In this document: piece by piece, positions 1-9,107 of the stretch
Layout: every line of letters begins with the position of its first letter
Numbering within the stretch: the first letter of the stretch is position 1
Origin: an uncultured Myxococcales bacterium
Lineage (GTDB): Bacteria; Myxococcota_A; Polyangia; Fen-1088
Direction: 5' to 3'
DNA length: 64,000 nucleotides
Assembly (NCBI GenBank): GCA_964443975.1
Contig: CAYUFS010000023.1
Coordinates: 1,953-65,952 of the forward strand
The notes under the pieces: model-generated
The model's input: the letters and a program-made list of their open reading frames with translations, nothing else
Told to the model about the DNA's origin: nothing
Databases searched by the model: none
Made by a program: the position numbers and the translations under genes

Positions 1-699
1 CTGATCGTCGCCGACGTCCTCGACGTCCTCGAGGCCGCGGCGAAGCCGGGCGTTTCCACCTGGGAGCTCAACGAGATCGCGGACCGCCGCCTGAAGCAGC
101 TCAAGGGCGAGTCGGCCTTCCTCGGCTACCATGGGTATCCTGCCGTCCTCTGCACGTCGGTCAATCAGGTGGTCGTGCATGGCATCCCGCGTAAGGATGT
201 CGTCCTCAAGGAAGGTGACCTGCTGTCGGTGGACTTTGGGGCGTTCAAGGACGGGTGGTGCGGGGACTCCGCGCGGACGCTACCCATCGGGCCCATCTCG
301 GCCGAGGCCCGCCGCCTGGTCGATGCCACCCGGGAGTCGCTGGAGCAGGCCATCGCGGTTTGCCTCCCGGGGCAGCGCCTCGGTGACATCGGTCACGCGG
401 TCCAGTCCACGGTCGAGCCGCTCGGGTTTGGGGTCGTGCGCCAGTTCGTCGGCCACGGAATCGGGCGAAAGATGCACGAAGAGCCCCACGTGCCGAATTA
501 TGGGGTAAAAGGGCGTGGACTCCGGCTCTCGGTCGGTCTGGTGGTGGCGATCGAGCCGATGATCAACGCCGGCAGCGCCGAGGTCTTCACCGAAGAAGAC
601 GGCTGGACGGCTGTAACCAAAGATGGTAGCCTCTCGGCCCATTTTGAGCATTCCGTGGCCATCACTGAAAATGGCCCGTTTGTGCTTTCGAAGGCCTGA
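1..699 (+). CDS. map: Methionine aminopeptidase type I, 5' end truncated by the window edge
   Basis: Frame 1 reads from nt 1 without a stop ([26 protein letters not shown]...). The C-terminal 176 aa carry the MetAP motifs ([24 protein letters not shown]). It sits at the 3' end of the ribosomal protein gene cluster. Confidence 0.9.
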   Translation: MIVADVLDVLEAAAKPGVSTWELNEIADRRLKQLKGESAFLGYHGYPAVLCTSVNQVVVHGIPRKDVVLKEGDLLSVDFGAFKDGWCGDSARTLPIGPISAEARRLVDATRESLEQAIAVCLPGQRLGDIGHAVQSTVEPLGFGVVRQFVGHGIGRKMHEEPHVPNYGVKGRGLRLSVGLVVAIEPMINAGSAEVFTEEDGWTAVTKDGSLSAHFEHSVAITENGPFVLSKA

Positions 700-739
700 G
701 AAATTGCCGTCGAGAAATCCCGCGCGGCAGGAGTGAGAC

Positions 740-853
740 ATGAAGGTCAGAGCGTCCGTGAAGAAGGTCTGTGAAAAATGCAAGGTCATCCGCCGTCGCG
801 GGGTCTTGCGCGTCATCTGCGACAATGCTCGCCACAAGCAGCGACAGGGTTAG
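740..853 (+). CDS. rpmJ: 50S ribosomal protein L36
   Basis: 37-aa [40 protein letters not shown] with the Cys/His zinc-ribbon pattern of L36. It is too short for the ORF track. It lies directly upstream of rpsM. Confidence 0.9.
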   Translation: MKVRASVKKVCEKCKVIRRRGVLRVICDNARHKQRQG

Positions 854-868
854 GAAAGGATCCATCTG

Positions 869-1252
869 ATGGCACGTATCGCCGGCGTTGATCTCCCCCG
901 CAACAAGCGCATGGAGATCGCTCTCACCTATCTCTACGGAATCGGCAGGGTTCTGTCCCGCCAGATTCTCATCGCGGCCGACGTCCCGCTCGACAAGCGC
1001 ACGGACGATCTCGATGACAACGAGGCGCGCCGCATCCGCGAGACCATCGAACAGCGAGGGCTGAAGGTGGAGGGCGATCTGCGGCGTGAGGTCGGCCTCA
1101 GCATCAAGCGATTGATGGATCTCGGCTGCTACCGGGGTCTCCGCCACCGCAAGAATCTTCCGGCGCGCGGCCAGCGCACGCACACGAATGCGCGTACGCG
1201 CAAGGGGCCCCGCAAGGGCCAGGCCATCAAACGTAAGGAGACCGCCGTCTAG
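869..1252 (+). CDS. rpsM: 30S ribosomal protein S13
   Basis: 127-aa protein starting [27 protein letters not shown], the S13 signature. An AGGAAAGGA Shine-Dalgarno lies upstream. Confidence 0.97.
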   Translation: MARIAGVDLPRNKRMEIALTYLYGIGRVLSRQILIAADVPLDKRTDDLDDNEARRIRETIEQRGLKVEGDLRREVGLSIKRLMDLGCYRGLRHRKNLPARGQRTHTNARTRKGPRKGQAIKRKETAV

Positions 1253-1272
1253 GCGGTGTCGCGGAGACCACC

Positions 1273-1674
1273 ATGTCGACCCCTACCGAGAACAAGCCCA
1301 AGTCCAAGGCCAAGAAGGTCAAGAAGAACATCCAGAGCGGGATCGCCCACATCACGGCGTCGTTCAACAACACCATCGTCACGATCACGGACGTGTCGGG
1401 CAACGTGGTGTCGTGGTCATCGGCGGGCGTCAAGGGCTTCAAGGGCTCGCGCAAATCGACGCCGTTCGCGGCGCAGCTGGCGGCCGAGGATGCTGGTCAC
1501 AAGGCGATGGAGCACGGCATGCGCTCGTTGTCGGTGTTCGTGCGCGGCCCCGGGTCAGGGCGCGAGTCGGCGCTGCGCGCGCTGGCCGCGGCTGGCTTCA
1601 AGATCGCCCTCATCCGCGATCTCACCCCCATCCCGCACAACGGCTGCCGGCCGCCGAAGCGCCGCCGCGTCTGA
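1273..1674 (+). CDS. rpsK: 30S ribosomal protein S11
   Basis: 133-aa protein with [22 protein letters not shown] and [25 protein letters not shown], which are S11 motifs. Confidence 0.97.
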   Translation: MSTPTENKPKSKAKKVKKNIQSGIAHITASFNNTIVTITDVSGNVVSWSSAGVKGFKGSRKSTPFAAQLAAEDAGHKAMEHGMRSLSVFVRGPGSGRESALRALAAAGFKIALIRDLTPIPHNGCRPPKRRRV

Positions 1675-1733
1675 GCGGCGCTGCGTTCGACTCCCTGATG
1701 CTTGCGACGTATTCGAAAGGAACCTGAAGAGCG

Positions 1734-2363
1734 ATGGCGAATTACTCCGGACCGGTGTGCCGCCTTTGTCGGCGCGAAGACATGAAGCTGTTCCTGAAGG
1801 GCGACCGCTGCTACACGGACAAGTGCGGCTACGAGCGTCGCGCCTACGCCCCCGGACAGCACGGGCAGGCGCGCCGCCGGAAGGTGTCGAACTATGGGGC
1901 GCAGCTGCGTGAGAAGCAGAAGGTCAAGCGTATCTATGGTCTCGCCGAGCGTCAGTTCCGCGGCTACTACTACAAGGCCATCCGCATGAAGGGCGTGGCG
2001 GGCGAGAACCTGCTGCAGCTCCTCGAGCGTCGCCTGGATAACGTCGTTTACCGCATGGGGTTCGCCTCGGATCACGCCGAGGCCCGGCAGCTGGTGCGCC
2101 ACGGACACTTCCGCGTGAACGGCCAGAAGGTCAACATCCCGTCCTTTCTCTGCAAGGCCAATGACGCCATCGAGGTGAAGGACACGTCGAAGAAGGTCAC
2201 CCGCATCCTCGAGAGTTTGGGCGCCGTCGACCGCCGGGGCGTGCCCCGCTGGATGGAGCTCGACAAGGAAGGCTTCAAGGGTCGGTTGACCTCGCTGCCT
2301 TCGCGCGAGGACTTGACCCTGCCCATCCGCGAGCAGCTCATCGTCGAGTTGTACTCGCGCTGA
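1734..2363 (+). CDS. rpsD: 30S ribosomal protein S4
   Basis: 209-aa protein starting [31 protein letters not shown] (the S4 zinc-finger N-terminus) with a downstream S4 RNA-binding domain. Confidence 0.97.
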   Translation: MANYSGPVCRLCRREDMKLFLKGDRCYTDKCGYERRAYAPGQHGQARRRKVSNYGAQLREKQKVKRIYGLAERQFRGYYYKAIRMKGVAGENLLQLLERRLDNVVYRMGFASDHAEARQLVRHGHFRVNGQKVNIPSFLCKANDAIEVKDTSKKVTRILESLGAVDRRGVPRWMELDKEGFKGRLTSLPSREDLTLPIREQLIVELYSR

Positions 2364-2441
2364 GCCGTCGTCCGTTTCTTTCACGGTTTGGTTAATGCGT
2401 CCACGAACCGTTTTTCGCTGCACACGTAAGAGGAGAGTTGA

Positions 2442-3491
2442 ATGGCTACCGCTGCAATGACCACCTCAAGTCAGGGCTCGCAGAACTCCTTTGTTTCCCG
2501 CAACTGGCGTGACCTGATTCGACCGCGAAAGCTCGAGGTCGATCCGGATTCCTTGACGCCCACTTACGGGCGATTCACCTGCGAGCCTCTCGAGAGGGGC
2601 TTCGGCACCACGCTCGGCAACGGGTTGCGCCGGATTCTGCTGTCGTCCTTGCAGGGGTCGGCCATCACGGCCCTCAAGATCGAGGGCGCCCTGCACGAGT
2701 TCACGTCGATTCCCAACGTCGTCGAGGACGTCACGGACATCGTTTTGAACCTGAAGGAAGTCCTGTTGAAGTCGGTCGACGCGAAGGCGCGCGTGCTGCG
2801 CCTCGAGAAGGACGGCGAGGGCAGCGTGACCGCGGGCGACATCGCCGTCACCGACGGCATCGAGGTGCTGAACCCTGATCACGTCATTTGCACGTGCGCG
2901 AAGGGCGCCAAGCTGCGCATGGAGCTGTACGTCGGCACCGGCCGCGGATACGTGCAGGCCGACCGCAACAAGTCGCCCACGACGCCGGTGGGCGTGGTGC
3001 CGATCGACTCGCTCTTCTCTCCGATTCGCAAGGTGAACTTCCAGGTCACCAACGCGCGCGTCGGGCAGCAGACGGACTACGATCGCCTGTCGCTCGACGT
3101 CTGGACGAACGGCGCCGTTCGGCCCGAGGACGCGGTGGCGTTCGCCGCCAAGATCCTGAAGGACCAGCTGTCGATCTTCATCAACTTCGAGGAAGGCTCG
3201 GAGCCGGCCCACGAGACCCCGGTCTCCGAGGAGCAGGCCAAGCTGAACGACAACCTGTGGAAGTCCGTCGACGAGCTGGAGCTGTCGGTGCGTTCGGCGA
3301 ACTGCCTGCAGAACGCCAACATTCGTCACATCGGCGAGCTGGTGCAGAAGACCGAGTCCGAGATGTTGAAGACGAAGAACTTCGGTCGCAAGTCGCTGAA
3401 GGAGATCAAGGAGATCCTGGCCGAGATGGGCCTGTCCCTGGGGATGAAGCTGGAAGGATGGCCGGGAGACGGACCGCCCAAGAAGGCATAA
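2442..3491 (+). CDS. rpoA: DNA-directed RNA polymerase alpha subunit
   Basis: 349-aa protein with an alpha N-terminal domain ([16 protein letters not shown]) and a C-terminal alpha-CTD ([24 protein letters not shown]). Confidence 0.97.
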   Translation: MATAAMTTSSQGSQNSFVSRNWRDLIRPRKLEVDPDSLTPTYGRFTCEPLERGFGTTLGNGLRRILLSSLQGSAITALKIEGALHEFTSIPNVVEDVTDIVLNLKEVLLKSVDAKARVLRLEKDGEGSVTAGDIAVTDGIEVLNPDHVICTCAKGAKLRMELYVGTGRGYVQADRNKSPTTPVGVVPIDSLFSPIRKVNFQVTNARVGQQTDYDRLSLDVWTNGAVRPEDAVAFAAKILKDQLSIFINFEEGSEPAHETPVSEEQAKLNDNLWKSVDELELSVRSANCLQNANIRHIGELVQKTESEMLKTKNFGRKSLKEIKEILAEMGLSLGMKLEGWPGDGPPKKA

Positions 3492-3498
3492 AAAGGCG

Positions 3499-3523
3499 CG
3501 CAGGGGGGACTTCGTCCCCCCTG
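3499..3523 (+). terminator. Perfect 11-bp GC-rich stem-loop between rpoA and rplQ; a candidate attenuator or terminator with no T-tract
   Basis: gcaggggggac-ttc-gtcccccctgc read directly from the sequence, 8 nt after the rpoA stop. Confidence 0.35.
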
Positions 3524-3675
3524 CGAGACCCCCCGGGGAGGGATCCGTGCCCGGATCTGCTCGTCGGGCGGCGTCTCCGGCGGGCTGAGCCCGCCTCCGA
3601 TCCGCTGGAAACCGGGTCGGCGATAGGCTTGTAGAAGTGAGTTTTTCGGGACGATTTTAGAAAGAGACGGACGTT

Positions 3676-4284
3676 ATGAGACATCGTAGAGCCGGAGTTC
3701 ACCTTTCACGGCCTTCTGCCCACCGCAAGGCGCTGTTTTCGAACCTGGTGGCGGCCCTGTTGACCAACGAGCGCATTCGCACGACGGACGCCAAGGCGAA
3801 GGAGACGCGCCGTCTGGCCGAGCGGACCATCACCTGGGCGCGTCGCGTGGGCGACATCCTCGTGAAGAAGGCCGACCGCCGAACGCCGGACGAGTCTGCC
3901 CGCGTCGTTCATGCGGTTCGGATGGCCCGCCGCGTGGTGCGCGACCGTACCGCCGTGACGAAGCTGTTCGACGACATCGCGCCGCGCTTCCTGGCGCGCC
4001 GCGGGGGCTACACCCGCATCGTCAAGATCGGCCAGCGCCCCGGTGACGCGGCGCCGATGTCGTTCCTCGAGCTGATTCCGGACGATGCCCCGAAGGCGGC
4101 GCCCGCGAGCAAGACGGACAAGCCGGTCAAGTCGGCAAAGACCGACAAGCCGGCCGCCAAGACCGAAAAGGCCCCGAAGGCGAAGGCCGAGGGTGCCGGC
4201 GCCGGCAAGGAAGCCAAGGCCAAGAAGTCCCCGGACGCGAAGGCCGAGCCAGCCGCCAAGAAGAAGCCCAAGTCCTCCGAGTAA
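3676..4284 (+). CDS. rplQ: 50S ribosomal protein L17 with a Lys/Ala/Pro-rich C-terminal extension
   Basis: N-terminal RAGVHLSRPSAHRKALFSNLVAALLTNERIRTT is the L17 signature. The last ~70 aa are a KAAPASKTDKPVKSAKT... low-complexity tail. Confidence 0.95.
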   Translation: MRHRRAGVHLSRPSAHRKALFSNLVAALLTNERIRTTDAKAKETRRLAERTITWARRVGDILVKKADRRTPDESARVVHAVRMARRVVRDRTAVTKLFDDIAPRFLARRGGYTRIVKIGQRPGDAAPMSFLELIPDDAPKAAPASKTDKPVKSAKTDKPAAKTEKAPKAKAEGAGAGKEAKAKKSPDAKAEPAAKKKPKSSE

Positions 4285-4513
4285 GGCCGGGCGTCGGACC
4301 GTCCGGGCCGCGAAGCCGTCAAGCAGGGGGTCACCGGGAGCGTCGGGTTCCTCGGCAGCTTGGCGGGCGGGGCGGTGGCCGGGCTCGCGTGCGGACCGGG
4401 AGCGCCCATCTGTGTTGGCGTCGGGTGTTTGCAGGTGGCCTTGTATTCGCGTTGGGCTCGGATTTTGCCTTTGACGAGATCTGGGAATAGCGTCGCCCCG
4501 CGCAAGTGCCCGG

Positions 4514-4981
4514 TTGGCTATGGAAGCGGTGCAGACATTCGCCATTCAGCCCCACGAAGGGACCAGCGGAGATTCGCGCCTGCTCGCCGAAGGAACCGCG
4601 ATCGGGCGCGTCGAGGGCCTGGTGCTCGAGGCGCAGTTTCGTTGTGGTCCCGGATACCTCGTCGTCACGTCGGACGGCAATCCATTCGAGGAGGGTCTTC
4701 ACTTCTACCTTCTTGACACCTCGTACGCTGTGCTCGACGACGTGTCGCTGGGCCGCATGTACCACGCTGGAATGTATCGCAACGTGATCGTCGGGCCGGA
4801 TCGCGACGCACTGGAGTTCGAGTTCTTCGGCAATGACCGCTGGCGGCTCTCGATCGCCAGCCAGCCACGCCGGACCTGGTTTCGGCGGCCATTCTCCGCG
4901 GTGACGCGGACCAGGAAGTGGCTGGCGCCGCACCGCCTCGATCTGCGGAAGGTCGAGCACCAGAGCCGCGCGGCACCTTGA
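4514..4981 (+). CDS. Hypothetical protein
   Basis: 155-aa ORF with balanced, protein-like composition (F/Y/E/D present) and no recognisable motif. The competing minus-strand ORF is Arg-rich. Confidence 0.45.
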   Translation: MAMEAVQTFAIQPHEGTSGDSRLLAEGTAIGRVEGLVLEAQFRCGPGYLVVTSDGNPFEEGLHFYLLDTSYAVLDDVSLGRMYHAGMYRNVIVGPDRDALEFEFFGNDRWRLSIASQPRRTWFRRPFSAVTRTRKWLAPHRLDLRKVEHQSRAAP

Positions 4982-5138
4982 CATAAAGACACGTCCCCAT
5001 CGTCGGGTTGGCGACCAAGGCAAGGTAGCTCGCGGTGCGTCGCGGTGAGCCGCCTCCTTCGGCCTTCAGTTTTACCCCCGGGCCGCCGAAGACTCTCTCG
5101 GACCGACCTATCCTAAAGGTGTCGGTCGAGGAGACTTC

Positions 5139-5531
5139 ATGAACTCAGGTGCTGTAGCCAAAGCCCCGGTCGTCGAGCCCCAGCAGCGAGCCGCCGAACG
5201 ACACAACGTCGAGGTCTCGGTCGATCTGGAGAGCGATTCCAATTTCTACACGGGCCTCACCCAGAACATCAGCGCGGGCGGGCTGTTCATCGCCACCCAC
5301 CAGATCAAGCGGGTGGGGGATCGCGTCCATTTGAAGTTCAACTTGCCGGGATCGTCGCGGGCGATCGAATGCGATACGGAGGTGCGCTGGATCCGCGAGA
5401 ACTCGTCGCTCCACCGCACGGACGGCGCCTCCGGAATGGGCGTCCGATTCATCGACATGTCCCCTGCCGACGCCGAGGCGATCCAGGCCTTCATCGAGAG
5501 CCGCGAGTCCCTGTTCTACGACGACGAATGA
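5139..5531 (+). CDS. PilZ-domain protein, a putative c-di-GMP receptor
   Basis: RxxxR...D-S-G-G pattern (RAAERHNVEVSVDLESDSNFYTGLTQNISAGGLFIAT) typical of PilZ. It is 34 nt upstream of the export-gate genes. Confidence 0.7.
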   Translation: MNSGAVAKAPVVEPQQRAAERHNVEVSVDLESDSNFYTGLTQNISAGGLFIATHQIKRVGDRVHLKFNLPGSSRAIECDTEVRWIRENSSLHRTDGASGMGVRFIDMSPADAEAIQAFIESRESLFYDDE

Positions 5532-5564
5532 CGAGGCCGGCGACCGGCCGGTGACCCACCGCGG

Positions 5565-5969
5565 TTGACTCGACGCGGGCTCCTGACGGATAACGCCGTG
5601 ATGGACAGCACGGGTTCGTTACCGGGGGTGGGGGGCTCGCTCGCCGTGTCGCTGGTGTCGCTGGGGGTCGTCTGCCTGATCGCGTACCTGGCGCTCAGGT
5701 TTCTCGGCCGGCGCGGCCTCGGCCGGCCGAATGGACCGATCAAGATCAGGGCGCGCTGCCCGCTCGAGCCGCGGCGGTGCCTGTACGTCGTCGAGACGGC
5801 CGGTCGCTGCTTCCTCATCGGCGTGGGTGACGGCCCCATGACCATGCTCGCCGAGCTGGGCCCGGCCGAGGTCCAGGCATCCCTGGCGGCCCCGCTCGAG
5901 CCGGGCGCGAAGTTCAGCGAGGTGCTCACGCGCGTACTCGGTCGCGGCGCGCGGTCGGAGCGGACATGA
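5565..5969 (+). CDS. FliO-like small membrane protein
   Basis: Single N-terminal TM helix (VSLVSLGVVCLIAYLALRF) followed by a FliO-like C-terminal region (LYVVETAGRCFLIGVGDGPMTMLAEL). Its stop overlaps the SctR/FliP start (ATGA). The start may instead be the internal Met at 5601. Confidence 0.5.
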   Translation: MTRRGLLTDNAVMDSTGSLPGVGGSLAVSLVSLGVVCLIAYLALRFLGRRGLGRPNGPIKIRARCPLEPRRCLYVVETAGRCFLIGVGDGPMTMLAELGPAEVQASLAAPLEPGAKFSEVLTRVLGRGARSERT

Positions 5970-6742
5970 GGCGGCCCGCGTTCGCGGCCGCGCTGACGGG
6001 CGGCTTGCTGGCCCCCCTGTGCGCGCACGCCGCCCGGACGAGCGCCGCTGCCGCCGCGACCGCTGGCGATGGGCTCACGGCGCGGCCGTTGCTGCTGTTC
6101 ATCGTGATGAGCGGGGTGGCGCTGGTGCCGTTCGCGCTGCTGATGACCACCTGCTTCGTCAAGGTGGCGGTGGTGCTGTCCATCCTGCGCAGCGCGATCG
6201 GCGTTCCCCAGGTCCCACCGACGCAGGTCATCACCGGGCTGGCGCTGATCCTCACCGCCTACGTGATGGCCCCCACCGCCGAGCGGACCTACGACGCCGT
6301 GAAGCCGGTCATGTCGCTTGGCGCGGGCGCCGATCTCGCCAGCGCCGCGACGGTGGATGCCCTTCAGCAAGCCGGTGCGCGCGCCAGCGAGCCCTTGCGC
6401 GCGTTCCTGTTGAAGCAGGCAGACCCGCGCGATCGCGCGACGTTTCATGGCCTCGCGCTGCGCATGCGGACGCCTGACCAGCGCGCGACGATCTCGGATC
6501 GCGATCTGATGGTGATCATTCCCGCGTTCGTGACCTCGGAGCTGAAGCGCGCATTCGAGATCGGGTTCTTGCTCTTCATTCCATTCCTCGTGCTCGACCT
6601 GGTCATCTCGAACCTCCTGCTGGCGCTCGGGATGCACATGCTGGCGCCGACGACGGTGTCGCTGCCGTTCAAGCTGCTGCTCTTCGTGCTCGCCGACGGG
6701 TGGCACCTGGTGGCCCGCGGGCTGGTCGAGAGCTACCTGTGA
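5966..6742 (+). CDS. sctR: Type III secretion / flagellar export apparatus protein, SctR/FliP family
   Basis: FALLMTTCFVKVAVVLSILRSAIGVPQVPPTQVITGLALILT is the FliP/YscR family signature, and the 258-aa length fits. Confidence 0.9.
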   Translation: MRRPAFAAALTGGLLAPLCAHAARTSAAAAATAGDGLTARPLLLFIVMSGVALVPFALLMTTCFVKVAVVLSILRSAIGVPQVPPTQVITGLALILTAYVMAPTAERTYDAVKPVMSLGAGADLASAATVDALQQAGARASEPLRAFLLKQADPRDRATFHGLALRMRTPDQRATISDRDLMVIIPAFVTSELKRAFEIGFLLFIPFLVLDLVISNLLLALGMHMLAPTTVSLPFKLLLFVLADGWHLVARGLVESYL

Positions 6743-6746
6743 CGTC

Positions 6747-7028
6747 ATGACCACGGTCGCCACGTCGTCCGAGCTGGTCCTGCGCGCCATCCACGAGGGG
6801 CTGTTACTGGCGCTGCTGGTGTCGGGGCCGCCGCTGCTGGCCAGCCTGCTGGTAGGCTTCGTCGTCGGGATCGTGCAGGCAGCGACGCAGATCCAGGATC
6901 AAGCGCTGGCGTTCGTCCCGAAGCTCGTGGTCGTGGTGGTGACCTTGCTCTCCGTCGGCCCCGTGCTGGGCACGCAGCTGGTCCGGTTCACGCAGGCGCT
7001 GTTGCTCGTCTTCCCTTCCATCAGGTGA
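6747..7028 (+). CDS. sctS: Type III secretion / flagellar export apparatus protein, SctS/FliQ family
   Basis: 93-aa two-TM protein (LLLALLVSGPPLLASLLVGFVVGIVQAATQIQDQALAFVPKL) matching FliQ/YscS. It lies 5 nt after sctR. Confidence 0.85.
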   Translation: MTTVATSSELVLRAIHEGLLLALLVSGPPLLASLLVGFVVGIVQAATQIQDQALAFVPKLVVVVVTLLSVGPVLGTQLVRFTQALLLVFPSIR

Positions 7029-7086
7029 GTGGCGGGCAAATGGGTGGTCGCAAAATGATACTCCGGCCCCTGGGGGCCCGCCGCGC

Positions 7087-7899
7087 GTGATCTCGCCGGG
7101 AGGGGACCGGGAGCGTTGGCTCCTCGCGGTGGGCCTTGGCGCCGCGCGGACGGTGCCGCTTTGCTGGGCCGTCCCCGCGGTCGGCGGGCCGCGCGTCGCG
7201 CCCGAGGTGCGGGCGGGGCTGGGGATCGTGTTGGCCGTCCTCTGCTTGCCGGCGTTGCTCCCCGCGGTGGACACGTCCGTGAGCGCCGCGCCTGGCCCCG
7301 TCGGCTGGACGCTCGTGCTCGCGCGCGAGCTCCTCGTCGGCCTGACCGTCGGCCTCTGCGTTGGGGCGGGCTTTCGCGCCGCCGAGGCGGCGGGGCGGCT
7401 CGCCGATCTCGCCCGCGGCGCCAACCTGGCCGAGGTGTTGTCGCCGATGTCGGACGAGCGCACCAGTCCAACCGGCGATCTCTATCTGTTCGTCGCGGTG
7501 ATCGTGTTCCTCGAGCTGGGTGGGTTGCGAGTGTTCGCGCAAGCGCTCGGGCGGAGCTACGAGGCGGTGCCCGTGGGCGCGTCCTCCGCCCTGTTTCCGG
7601 GCGGCCTGCGGGCCGCCGTGGCGCTAGTCACGGCGGCGGTGGCCAAGCTCATGGAGGCGGCGCTCGGGCTGGCGGCGCCCGTGCTGGTCGCAGCGTTGCT
7701 GGCCGACGCGACGCTGGGCCTGGTGGCGCGCGCCGCACCCCAAATTCCAATCTATTTCGCCGCCATGCCAGCGAAGGCGCTGCTCGGACTCGGCGTGTCG
7801 TTGGTTGGCGTGGGCGCCATCGAGGCCGTGTTCGCCGGGGGCTTTCACGCCTGGGCCGCGATGTTCGACCAGGCCGTCGCCGCATGGCGGCCGAGATAG
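7087..7899 (+). CDS. sctT: Type III secretion / flagellar export apparatus protein, SctT/FliR family
   Basis: 270-aa polytopic membrane protein in the conserved R-S-T order. It probably starts at a GTG. The hydrophobic profile and length match FliR/YscT. Confidence 0.8.
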   Translation: MISPGGDRERWLLAVGLGAARTVPLCWAVPAVGGPRVAPEVRAGLGIVLAVLCLPALLPAVDTSVSAAPGPVGWTLVLARELLVGLTVGLCVGAGFRAAEAAGRLADLARGANLAEVLSPMSDERTSPTGDLYLFVAVIVFLELGGLRVFAQALGRSYEAVPVGASSALFPGGLRAAVALVTAAVAKLMEAALGLAAPVLVAALLADATLGLVARAAPQIPIYFAAMPAKALLGLGVSLVGVGAIEAVFAGGFHAWAAMFDQAVAAWRPR

Positions 7900-7978
7900 G
7901 CAGCGAGATAACGCCGGTGTTCTTCGACGCCCCGAACGGCGATCTTCAGGCCCGGGCGGCTCCTGTCGAAGGACAGCT

Positions 7979-9029
7979 CATGCCGATGGGGTGGCGCAGG
8001 CCCGCTGCTGGGCTGAGAGTCGGGGTGGCGATCGTCTTGATCGCCGGGGTGGTGGCGCGCGCGCGCGGCGCTTCGGCGGCGGGGGCGGCGACCGACCCCG
8101 ACGCCTTCGACGATCCCAAGCTCGCGCGCGAGCCGGCGCCGTTTGCCCCGTCCGCCCCCGCCGCGAAGGCGCCGGAGCCAACGGTCGCGCCAGGGCCCGT
8201 CCCGACGCCTGCTCCGCCGAAGGTCGCCCCTCCTGCGTCCGCGCCGGTCCAGGCGCTCTCGCCGTCGCCTCCCGCCCCGTTGCCTGCGCCGCCGCCGCCG
8301 CCGAAGCTCGCCACGCCGGCGCCAGGTCCCGTCGCCGTGCCAGCGTCGGGTGTCGCGCCGCCGCCGCCTGTCTCGGCGTCTCCGGTGGACAGACCGGCCG
8401 CGCCGTCGCCGCAACCCCAACCGCTTCCGGCCGCGCCGCCGCGGCCGTCGCCGGCCGCAAGCGGTTCCCCGTCAGCCGACCTCAGCGTGAAGGCGCCCCC
8501 TCCCGCAGAGCCAGCTCCCACCGGAGCCTGGCCTTACGCGCCTCGGCTGAAGCTCAGCTATCGACGGTTCTCGTTTTCACGTATGCCCGCGACGGGGACC
8601 TCGTCCACCGCGGCGCCCGTCCCCGAGTCGTTCGAGAGCTTCGGCCTCGATTTCTATCCCATGTCCTGGTACCTGCGCGTCGGTTTCTCGTCGCAGTTCG
8701 GCTGGGAGAGCGGACAGTTTCAACGAACCGGCGATTACTTTCTGGCCGAGTCGGCGTCCGCGGGATTTCAGATTCCAGGCCGATTCACGCCGTTCGCGGA
8801 GGCGTTCGCAGGCGCGGGCTACATGCGCCGCTTCCAGAACGGCGCCACGTCGCCCTCCGCGTACTGGCAGACGGGCGTGGACGCGGGGGTCGAGATCTAT
8901 TTCGCGAAACGCGCCTACGGCAGCGTCGCTCTCGGGTATCTCCACCCGGGTAACCTGTTCCTGCAACAGAAGAACCTGTCGTCGGTGAACGCCGATACGT
9001 GGTCCCTGAAGGTCGGCATCGGCATCTGA
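7979..9029 (+). CDS. Hypothetical membrane-anchored proline-rich protein with a beta-rich C-terminal domain
   Basis: ATG at 7979 gives an N-terminal TM helix (MPMGWRRPAAGLRVGVAIVLIAGVVA), then about 170 aa of Pro/Ala repeats (PAPPKVAPPASAP...), then a C-terminal ~170-aa domain of alternating hydrophobic residues (FGLDFYPMSWYLRVGFSSQFGW...SLKVGIGI). The part of ORF 7116..9029 upstream of 7979 is Arg-rich and presumably not translated. Confidence 0.55.
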
Positions 9030-9107
9030 CCGGGGCTCGCCCGGCTCGCCAGCCCCCAGGATCTGGGGCAATCTCCTCCCAACGTGGCGACGAAGGGGCA
9101 GGTTTGA

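Noticed and set aside
4285-4330. Possible rho-independent terminator after rplQ
   Set aside because: Only short imperfect palindromes (cggaccgtccg), no stable stem and no U-tract.
5516-6790. 424-aa minus-strand ORF antisense to the FliO-like and SctR genes
   Set aside because: Extremely Arg/His/Gln-rich low-complexity translation typical of the wrong strand of GC-rich coding DNA. It overlaps well-supported export-gate genes.
7116-7978. 5' portion of the 637-aa ORF 7116..9029, and the Arg-rich ORF 7805..8953
   Set aside because: Upstream of 7979 the ORF is an alternate frame of sctT with Arg/Gly/Ala-rich translation. Only the part from the ATG at 7979 has a signal/TM helix and protein-like composition.
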